The position numbers and the translations under genes were made by a program. Of a DNA stretch of 12,817 nt, positions 1-7,452 are shown piece after piece (the first letter of the stretch is position 1; every line of letters starts with the position of its first letter). The stretch is from assembly GCA_040235515.1 (NCBI GenBank), contig JBECKX010000012.1, positions 1-12,817 on the forward strand, written 5' to 3'. This DNA is from Candidatus Zixiibacteriota bacterium. GTDB lineage: Bacteria > Zixibacteria > MSB-5A5 > CAIYYT01. The notes under the pieces were generated by a model. The model was not told the origin of the DNA. It ran no database searches and was given only the letters and a program-made list of their open reading frames with translations.

Positions 1-255
1 CCGTGGTTGGCGATCACGATGATCTCGATCGGAATCATCGACATCATCATGGGCATACGTCTGATCAGGCTGGTCGAGACCAGGAGCGACTCGTTGAATG
101 GGATGCTCAAGGCACTCGCCTACATCACGCTGGCGGCGGGCATCCTGGAAGTGAGCATAGTCGGCAGTTTCTTTGCGTTGATCCTGATTCCGGTATCAAG
201 CATCATCCTGGCGATTATCTTCTTCAAGGAGAAGGAAGCCGTAGACTTTGTCTAG
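1..255 (+). CDS. Integral membrane protein, C-terminal part (5'-truncated by window edge)
   Basis: Frame is open from base 1 (PWLAITMISIGIIDIIMG...) to TAG at 253-255. It has about three hydrophobic segments and a charged C-terminus (KEKEAVDFV). Confidence 0.75.
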   Translation, partial: PWLAITMISIGIIDIIMGIRLIRLVETRSDSLNGMLKALAYITLAAGILEVSIVGSFFALILIPVSSIILAIIFFKEKEAVDFV

Positions 256-343
256 AACCGGGGATACGGTGCAGCCGGCACGCAGACGTTTGTGCGTGGA
301 CGTTGAAGCCGGGACGTAATAATCCTGAGAATGGAACCGGTCG

Positions 344-685
344 TTAGCTGGTGATCTCCACCAGTTTGATCGACTTGTCCACTACCTTATAGCGAAGGTG
401 GTAACCCTTGTTGTCGACACGCAGGGTGATATGTGGATTGGGGTCGGCGCCGTGTACTCCCCCGCCGATGCCGCCGGAATGACCACCTGCGCGCACCTGC
501 CATTCTTTGTTCTCCATGATACGCAGCAGCGCTTTGGCATCACGCTGTGTGCCTTTTTGTCCGATTTTGACGGCGGTATCGAGCAGGCCGACGACGTGAC
601 GGGCGTTTATATTGAAGTCGACGCCCTGATAGCGGCCGCTGACATTTTTGCAGTTACGGATAACTGTTGCTTTGTTGTATTGCAT
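344..685 (-). CDS. Small basic hypothetical protein (113 aa) with a His-rich C-terminal motif
   Basis: The ORF track gives 344..748. A better start is ATG at 685, preceded by GAGGA-agaca (RBS). The sequence MQYNKATVIR...GGHSGG...HGADPNPHITLRV...GYHLRY has a protein-like composition. Confidence 0.65.
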   Translation of the reverse strand: MQYNKATVIRNCKNVSGRYQGVDFNINARHVVGLLDTAVKIGQKGTQRDAKALLRIMENKEWQVRAGGHSGGIGGGVHGADPNPHITLRVDNKGYHLRYKVVDKSIKLVEITS

Positions 686-847
686 TGTCTTCCTCAGTAA
701 AACGGGTCGGAAGTTGATCGTGAGTATAGTGGCGACAATAAGCATCATCAGGATCGATTACGCCAGTCTATTTTTGCTGTCAGGTTGGACGAACGCGAGG
801 GATTGCCTGACTGGGTAGGTCGTTTGTGTTGTTAGGTTGAGGCAATT

Positions 848-871
848 GTAGGAGCCCAACCTGCTGCGGCC
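848..871 (+). repeat. Degenerate REP (family A) downstream of the RAYT gene
   Basis: GTAGGAGCCCAACCTGCTGCGGCC has a GTAG foot and shares CCTGCTGCGnCC with the copy at 1647-1670. Both copies are preceded by GCAAT(C)T. Confidence 0.55.
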
Positions 872-896
872 AGCCAAGCCTCCTCCGGAGTGTTGC

Positions 897-1472
897 TCAA
901 GCTTCATAGTATTCATCCATCTCCCACCTCAATGGATTTTCACGAATGTATCTCCGGCAATTGAAAAGGTCATCCTCACTGCGGATTACATGTTCGTAGT
1001 AGTTGCGTTGCCAGAGGATGAAATCGCTGTCACGCAAGAGACGCCGCACCGAGCGGGTAGTTGCAGATTTGAAAGAACGGACAATAGCGCCGATGCAGCC
1101 GGGTTTGACGGGAGGAATTGGAGTGAAGGGTGTTTCCGGGGTGGGCTCAGCATGCTGAGCCCCTACACGGTCATCGGACGCGGTGCCAGTATCAAGCGGA
1201 TGTTTGTCAGTCAGGAAAACAATCAAGTGCACATGGTTTGGCATTACCACAAATTCGTCGAGAACCGCGTTTGCAAAATGGAAGGGGATATCCCGGATAT
1301 GCTTATTGGCGTGACACCCCGCAGGCAACAAGACAACAGTCGAGTCTTCTACACGTCCGAGATAGAATCGCCCACCGCTCGTGCAAACGGTGACGAAGTA
1401 GGCTCCCTCTTGTGAGTAGTCATAATCCCTTAGTCGAATTGAACGTCGATTCGTGTTAAATTCCATCCCCAT
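897..1472 (-). CDS. REP-associated tyrosine transposase (RAYT/TnpA-REP; IS200-like Y1 HUH family)
   Basis: Diagnostic motifs are RRSIRLRDYDYSQEGAYFVTVCT, VMPNHVHLI (HUH), IVRSFKS and WQRNYYEHVIR...RRYIRENP (catalytic Tyr). The gene is surrounded by GTAG-footed palindromes. Start is uncertain (ATG 1472 or 1466; ORF track uses 1493). Confidence 0.93.
   Translation of the reverse strand: MGMEFNTNRRSIRLRDYDYSQEGAYFVTVCTSGGRFYLGRVEDSTVVLLPAGCHANKHIRDIPFHFANAVLDEFVVMPNHVHLIVFLTDKHPLDTGTASDDRVGAQHAEPTPETPFTPIPPVKPGCIGAIVRSFKSATTRSVRRLLRDSDFILWQRNYYEHVIRSEDDLFNCRRYIRENPLRWEMDEYYEA
1141..1166 (-). repeat. REP (family A) embedded in-frame in the RAYT coding sequence
   Basis: The reverse complement reads GTAGGGGCTCAGCATGCTGAGCCCAC, identical over 26 nt to 1599-1624. 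It encodes VGAQHAEP. Confidence 0.92.
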
Positions 1473-1551
1473 GATATTCTGAATCTGGTGCACGAGAGGT
1501 ACAGAGTCAATCCCTTTTGTGAAAACTACCTCCGCGAGTGATGCCCGCCTT

Positions 1552-1670
1552 GTAGGGGCTTAGCACGCTAAGCCCAACAAGTACCCAAATCTCTCTCCGT
1601 AGGGGCTCAGCATGCTGAGCCCACTCCAGTTTCACCCCTGCAATCTGTAGCGGCGGAGCCTGCTGCGACC
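1552..1670 (+). repeat. Three tandem REPs (family A) upstream of RAYT, period 47-48 nt
   Basis: GTAGGGGCTTAGCACGCTAAGCCC (1552-1575), GTAGGGGCTCAGCATGCTGAGCCC (1599-1622) and the degenerate GTAGCGGCGGAGCCTGCTGCGACC (1647-1670), separated by 23- and 24-nt unique spacers. Confidence 0.9.
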
Positions 1671-1705
1671 ACTCTTGAGCCATCCCGATATTGGTTGCGA
1701 TGGCG

Positions 1706-1744
1706 CCGTCACGTCACACGCCGAAGCGGCGCAAGACGTGACGG
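1706..1744. repeat. Long hairpin (10-bp outer stem, 5-bp inner stem)
   Basis: CCGTCACGTC (1706-1715) pairs with GACGTGACGG (1735-1744). The inner stem is CGCCG-aag-CGGCG. A partial arm copy, ACGTGACGG, recurs at 1754-1762. Confidence 0.7.
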
Positions 1745-1770
1745 AACAGGTTCACGTGACGGTTTGGGCA

Positions 1771-1794
1771 GGAGGACAGACATTCTTGTCTGTC
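1771..1794 (+). repeat. REP-like hairpin (family B)
   Basis: GGAG foot followed by GACAGACA-TTCT-TGTCTGTC, a perfect 8-bp stem. Confidence 0.7.
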
Positions 1795-1858
1795 ACCGCA
1801 CCGGAGGTACGGGATGGGATGACGCAGTGCACGGGGACGTAGTCCGGGCACGATCTTC

Positions 1859-1922
1859 GTGGCCGCCAGCCGTCCTCGTCTGGCGGCTCCATTCGCGGCA
1901 GGCGAGGACGACTGCGGTGCAC
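1859..1922. repeat. Inverted pair of REP-like units (family C; REPIN/BIME-like doublet)
   Basis: GTGGCCGCCAGCCGTCCTCGTCTGGCGGC (+, 1859-1887, stem GCCGCCAG/CTGGCGGC) faces GTGCACCGCAGTCGTCCTCGCCTGCCGC (-, 1922-1895). Both share the CGTCCTCG loop. Confidence 0.7.
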
Positions 1923-1957
1923 AGATGTTGTCGGAACCACGGGGGTTCCGACCTACT
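1895..1957 (-). repeat. Composite REP direct repeat, copy 1 (family D hairpin plus family C unit)
   Basis: Minus strand reads GTAG-GTCGGAACC-cccgt-GGTTCCGAC-aacatct-GTGCACCGCAG...CTGCCGC. It aligns with 2896-2957 with about 10 differences in 63 nt by manual count. Confidence 0.9.
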
Positions 1958-1960
1958 CAA

Positions 1961-2284
1961 CTACTTCTTCTTGCGCCTCGTGGCTTTCTTCTTAGTAGCT
2001 TTTTTCTTTGCTGTCCGACGACCGGTTGCCGCCACACGGCCAGAAACACTCACGACTTTCGCCCTCTTCTCCTTGGACTTGCGCCCACTGGTAGTCTTTC
2101 GGAGACCGAGCGTTGCAGCCTTTGCTCTAACCGCATTGATTGTTCGGCCAAGGTGTTCAGCTATCTCGCGAGCAGTTCTCTTCTTGAAGTTTTTCTTTAA
2201 ATAACTAACTTCACTTGCTTTCCATGCATTCGGGACAGCTGTCGACTTCTTCTTGGTGCCCAGCTTTTTCCATCCATTGGTCAT
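1961..2284 (-). CDS. Small very basic DNA-binding protein: Myb/SANT-like (GcrA-like) HTH plus Lys/Arg-rich histone-H1-like tail
   Basis: WKASEVSYLKKNFKKRTAREIAEHLGRTINAVRAKAATLGL fits the W..E...L......EIA..LGRT..AV..KA..LGL helix pattern. The tail is AKKKATKKKATRRKKK. The ATG lies 4 nt after the upstream gene's stop, with a GGAG RBS inside that gene's end. Confidence 0.8.
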   Translation of the reverse strand: MTNGWKKLGTKKKSTAVPNAWKASEVSYLKKNFKKRTAREIAEHLGRTINAVRAKAATLGLRKTTSGRKSKEKRAKVVSVSGRVAATGRRTAKKKATKKKATRRKKK

Positions 2285-2288
2285 ACTG

Positions 2289-2813
2289 TCATTTCTCCGC
2301 CTTGAGAATTTCTGTGATCTTCTTGTAATGCTTGCTCAGTGCATCTCTCGCGCCCCAGAGAAGTACAATGCAGACTCCACTCACCCCGATAATATACCAA
2401 GTCTTCGCACAATCGCTCTTCGATATGAAGTTCAATAGGATTGCCGCTAGTATGGCAACAAGTGAATTTGAGTAGTACTGATAGTATCTATAGTGATTCT
2501 CAACGGCTCCCTGGAAGGCCTTGTATTTTTCTGGATCGGAGAGTGCGCTGTATAGTCCATCCTCAGGTGGTTTCAGTCCAATCAGCTTCAATAGACTGTC
2601 GATCAATGCACATCTGATAGCACTGACAATTAATCCAATGCATAGCGATGCCACGAAAACGAACAGGAATTTCGCGGCTGTTACGCTTTCTTGTTGTGCG
2701 TTTGCAAACCATGACGCGATCAAAGGCGATGACTGCGACACTATCCAGAGGAAAATGAAGCCAGGCAGTAAGAAGGCGATCAGAACCCCAAATTGTTTTC
2801 CGGTAAAATCCAT
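2289..2813 (-). CDS. Hypothetical integral membrane protein (about 4 TM segments), AT-richer than groEL
   Basis: 174-aa ORF with hydrophobic segments (GVLIAFLLPGFIFLWIV; FLFVFVASLCIGLIVSAI; SLVAILAAILLNFI; WYIIGVSGVCIVLLWGA) around a soluble loop with HYRYYQYYSN. Confidence 0.8.
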   Translation of the reverse strand: MDFTGKQFGVLIAFLLPGFIFLWIVSQSSPLIASWFANAQQESVTAAKFLFVFVASLCIGLIVSAIRCALIDSLLKLIGLKPPEDGLYSALSDPEKYKAFQGAVENHYRYYQYYSNSLVAILAAILLNFISKSDCAKTWYIIGVSGVCIVLLWGARDALSKHYKKITEILKAEK

Positions 2814-2855
2814 AGATCTTGCCCCATTTCGTGCTTAGCACTAACGTCAGGTGAA

Positions 2856-2885
2856 ATAGTAAACACATTACTGCTGGTTTGTCAA
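2856..2885 (-). promoter_or_regulatory. Sigma70-type promoter for the 2813/2284 two-gene unit
   Basis: Minus strand TTGACA (2885-2880), 18-nt spacer, TACTAT (2861-2856), about 40 nt upstream of ATG 2813. Confidence 0.7.
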
Positions 2886-2895
2886 TAGCTCAGAT

Positions 2896-2957
2896 GCGGC
2901 AGGCCGGGATGACTACCGCGCACGGATGTTGTCGGAACCGCAGGGTTCCGACCTACT
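2896..2957 (-). repeat. Composite REP direct repeat, copy 2 (family D hairpin plus family C unit)
   Basis: Minus strand reads GTAG-GTCGGAACC-ctgc-GGTTCCGAC-aacatcc-GTGCGCGGTAG...CTGCCGC. It has the same 9-bp stem as copy 1 with a different loop. Confidence 0.9.
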
Positions 2958-2979
2958 TAGCTTTGCCGGACTTCCACCC

Positions 2980-3477
2980 TCACTCCGACGATTGCCCTTG
3001 TTCGTATTCTTTGATGATTTCTTCTATTGTTGATTGAGAGTACATTGCGTTCTCATTTGATCCCGTTAGAAGACCATCATCTTTTGCCTTTGCCCAGTGC
3101 ACCATAGCGAAGTCGTAGTCCTTGATCAGTAGTCGTCTGCAAAGCTCAGTCCATTCCTCCACGGATTTTACCCTCAGATTGTTCTCTTCACCCCCGCATT
3201 CAGTTGGCAGATGGAGTAGCCCGAGCAAGCTTGCGATTGCCGCAGGCTCTATAGTAAGGTAGCTTAGGTGATAACTTGAGGTGAATTTCTCACTAGAATA
3301 GCAGCCCGCGGTCCTTCCATCCTTCACTTTCTCCAAGGGAGACGCTGAAACATGATGGACTATGCGAAAGTTTTGATGGTGGTTGTTTTCGGTCTGCCAT
3401 TCTACCCAACCATCCTCAGCTTTCTCAATCACCTTCCCACACTCGTCGCAAATCCACCTGTTCGGTTTCTCGGACAT
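2980..3477 (-). CDS. Hypothetical protein with an N-terminal CxxC (possible Zn-binding) motif
   Basis: The ORF track gives 2980..3525. A better start is ATG 3477 after a strong RBS (GGAGGAG-atgta-ATG). Motifs are WICDECGKVI...GWVEW...RIVHH...GCY. Confidence 0.8.
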   Translation of the reverse strand: MSEKPNRWICDECGKVIEKAEDGWVEWQTENNHHQNFRIVHHVSASPLEKVKDGRTAGCYSSEKFTSSYHLSYLTIEPAAIASLLGLLHLPTECGGEENNLRVKSVEEWTELCRRLLIKDYDFAMVHWAKAKDDGLLTGSNENAMYSQSTIEEIIKEYEQGQSSE

Positions 3478-3521
3478 TACATCTCCTCCCATGCTTCTAA
3501 TTCCATTTGAACTCTGATTGA

Positions 3522-3556
3522 ACACACAAAACGGGCCACCCTTGCGGATGGCCCGT
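3522..3556 (-). terminator. Rho-independent terminator of groESL
   Basis: Minus strand reads ACGGGCCATCC-GCAA-GGGTGGCCCGT followed by TTTGTGTGTT: an 11-bp stem with a GNRA loop, 75 nt after the groEL stop. Confidence 0.85.
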
Positions 3557-3631
3557 CGAAATGTACGTATCTATGTTGAAGTGCTAAGTTGCACTGCTAT
3601 CCCCTTAGGTGATTAACCCACTTGTCGTGGA

Positions 3632-5266
<1,635 letters not shown>

Positions 5267-5342
5267 TTAGTTTCTCTCCTCTTGGAATCGTGTGTTGCTA
5301 AAATGCTTTTCGGGAAGCAACCGGGCGGTTGAAACGCCGGGA

Positions 5343-5630
5343 TTACTTCAGGACCGCGAGGATATCAGACTCGCGCATGATCAGGAATTCGCCGCCATCG
5401 ACGCTGACTTCGGTGCCGGAATATTTGCCATAGAGCACCTTGTCGCCGACTTTGATTCCCATTTCGATTTTCTTGCCTTCGTCAGAGATGCGACCCGGGC
5501 CGGCGGCCATGATTTCGCCCTCTTGCGGTTTCTCTTTGGCGGTATCCGGAATGATAATTCCGCCCTTTTTGACCTCTTGCTGTTCGAGAGGTTTAACCAG
5601 GACTCTGTCCTGCAACGGCTGGATGTTCAT
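5343..5630 (-). CDS. groS: Co-chaperonin GroES (Cpn10)
   Basis: [13 protein letters not shown]...[16 protein letters not shown]...[15 protein letters not shown]...[10 protein letters not shown]. The start at ATG 5630 follows a GAGGAG RBS (95 aa). Confidence 0.99.
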   Translation of the reverse strand: MNIQPLQDRVLVKPLEQQEVKKGGIIIPDTAKEKPQEGEIMAAGPGRISDEGKKIEMGIKVGDKVLYGKYSGTEVSVDGGEFLIMRESDILAVLK

Positions 5631-5728
5631 ATGAGATTCTCCTCGTTCCATTGAGTTAAGTTACTGATTTATCGTGGGTTACTGAGCAACCCACTTGATT
5701 GAACACTGTTGTCACGGTCAAATCATTA

Positions 5729-5755
5729 TTAGCACTCACCGCTGGCGAGTGCTAA
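5729..5755. promoter_or_regulatory. CIRCE element (HrcA operator)
   Basis: Perfect consensus TTAGCACTC-N9(accgctggc)-GAGTGCTAA, about 100 nt upstream of groES. Confidence 0.98.
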
Positions 5756-5770
5756 CATCTGTGATACGAG

Positions 5771-5798
5771 AAAATATCGGCGGAGTTGAAAAAATCAA
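5771..5798 (-). promoter_or_regulatory. Candidate sigma70-type promoter of groESL
   Basis: Minus strand TTGATT, 16-nt spacer, TATTTT, directly upstream of CIRCE with an A/T-tract (UP-like) region at 5803-5830. Confidence 0.45.
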
Positions 5799-6028
5799 GC
5801 GCTTTTTGGGAAAAAAAGAGTGAAAAAATATAGTCAACAGCCCGCTCCGCGGCTGGAGGTGCCGGACTTGATCGAAATTTTGGAAAATGGGAGCCTGTCT
5901 CAGCAGCGGTAGCGCCCGAACCATGGTACGTGCTGGTCGACAGTCTAACTGGCGGGCGAAATTGTGTAGAATTAAGGTCTAAATTGCGATATATTGGTCG
6001 TTAACAATCTTTGATAATCGAATCATGA

Positions 6029-7189
6029 ATGCCAAAATCAAAGCAAGATCATAAAGTTCCGCTGGATGGTAAGGTGGAAGGCGGTACCGGCAAGCGCCAC
6101 CAGGTAACCCTGATAGGAAACGAGACTCTCGCCTCCCCTGTTCTCCGCGACAGCACGTACCTGCATGAAGTGCTCAACGAGGGGCAGTTTCTGGCGGTCA
6201 ATGTGAAGGCGCCGGAAGCGGTACGGATGGTCCAGCTCGGGTTGCGTGAACTCGATCCCGGGGTTGATCTCGGATCTGGTCCCGAACTGGGTATCGACGG
6301 CATCTTCGGCAACAAGACCAAGGGGGCGGTGAAGAAGTTCCAGCTGGCGCACGACCTTGGGGTTGATGGAATCGTCGGGCCGAATACGCTCCGTAAACTC
6401 GATGTGGAGTTGCTGTTTCATGCTCCCCTGGAGAGCTCACCGCCGGGGGATGCCACCGAAGTCAGCAAGATTCCGCGCGAGAGTCGGGAAAGCGAGGGGG
6501 CGGCTGCCGGAGGACCGGTCGCCGGGCTGGAGGGCGCACCGCCGGATGGTGGGCTTGATGCCGGTGGTCCTGAAGCCGGCGGCGGCGATGAGGACACGAA
6601 GACTTTCGTCTCCTACGAGGAGGTGGAAGAGGATGAGCTTAGACACGGAATCATCCGTACGCGGACGCAGATAGAGAAAGTGGCTGAAACCCCGCCAACA
6701 GAGAATGCGATGGGGGTTACCACTATTACCCTGAAGATTGAGTACGCCGAGGTGGGTGGGAAATTCAAGATCGGGGTCATCAACGTGAATACGGTGGTGA
6801 AGCTCTATACCTCTGAATTTCAGAGTATCGATGACTATGGCCCGGTCTATGATATCTACGTGGACAAGTACAAGCGCAACGTCAAGGAGTTCGCCAAGGA
6901 TCTTGCCGCGCGCGCTTTTGCTACGGAGGAAGCGACAACACGCCACGAACTGCTTCATGTGGTTTCCTATGAGGTGGGGGTCCAGGATCAATACTATCAG
7001 TACGTCGACTTTTTGGAAACGGTATCGAATCGGATCAGCGACAAGGCGGATTTCAAACGTGAATCAGACTTCTTCTGGAGCCTGCTCGGCTCACACATAG
7101 AGGATAACATCATCTCCCATGAGAAGATTCATGAACTGGACACGCAGGTAACGATCGCTGAGTACGAGCGGCGGGTACTGAAGAAATAG
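6029..7189 (+). CDS. Peptidoglycan-binding domain protein (PG_binding_1) with Gly/acidic linker and C-terminal HExxH domain
   Basis: VRMVQLGL...IDGIFGNKTKGAVKKFQLAHDLGVDGIVGPNTLRKLD is a classic PG_binding_1 signature. A low-complexity linker follows, then TTRHELLHVVSYE. No signal peptide is evident. Confidence 0.85.
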   Translation: MPKSKQDHKVPLDGKVEGGTGKRHQVTLIGNETLASPVLRDSTYLHEVLNEGQFLAVNVKAPEAVRMVQLGLRELDPGVDLGSGPELGIDGIFGNKTKGAVKKFQLAHDLGVDGIVGPNTLRKLDVELLFHAPLESSPPGDATEVSKIPRESRESEGAAAGGPVAGLEGAPPDGGLDAGGPEAGGGDEDTKTFVSYEEVEEDELRHGIIRTRTQIEKVAETPPTENAMGVTTITLKIEYAEVGGKFKIGVINVNTVVKLYTSEFQSIDDYGPVYDIYVDKYKRNVKEFAKDLAARAFATEEATTRHELLHVVSYEVGVQDQYYQYVDFLETVSNRISDKADFKRESDFFWSLLGSHIEDNIISHEKIHELDTQVTIAEYERRVLKK

Positions 7190-7452
7190 CCGGGATAGCC
7201 CGATCGAGAGGCCGGGGCTGTTGCCGGAGGGGCATGCGGGCGGCCGGATGGGTACCCCGGGGTCTTCCGGTTCGGCTGCCGTTCTGGATTGCCCCGCCAC
7301 GAAAATTTCGCGGATCGGCAAAGATTCAAATGGACTTACTTGACCTTCGAAGGTAACTTTAGATTACGATTCGGGCCGACCCACAAATCCGATCCAGAAT
7401 CAATTCAGGTTAGAAAATTAAATCAACTTTTGCTCAAGACTGAGTAGGTAGT

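Noticed and set aside
256..350. Integron attC site after the 344..685 gene (AGCTAAC overlapping the stop)
   Set aside because: There is no matching GTTRRRY R' box or L-box hairpin, and no integron integrase in the window.
897..1493. IS200/IS605 element with tnpB
   Set aside because: No tnpB is present. The motif set and the flanking REPs fit RAYT rather than classical IS200 TnpA.
1552..1670. CRISPR array
   Set aside because: There are only three divergent units with short spacers and no cas genes or leader. The GTAG-footed palindromes match the REP inside the adjacent RAYT.
1695..2204. Plus-strand ORFs 1695..2204 and 1859..2200
   Set aside because: They run through the REP hairpin cluster and antisense to the Myb-like gene, with no RBS or protein-like features.
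2831..2842. CIRCE-like half sites TTAGCACT (2835-2842) and AGTGCTAA (3580-3587)
   Set aside because: Each is an isolated 8-nt half site with no partner at 9-nt spacing, so neither is a functional CIRCE by consensus.
7190..7452. Riboswitch/ncRNA or promoter in the GC-rich intergenic region (palindrome ACCTTCGAAGGT at 7343-7354)
   Set aside because: I recognise no riboswitch consensus. TTGACC has candidate -10 boxes only at 14- or 19-nt spacing, so support is insufficient.
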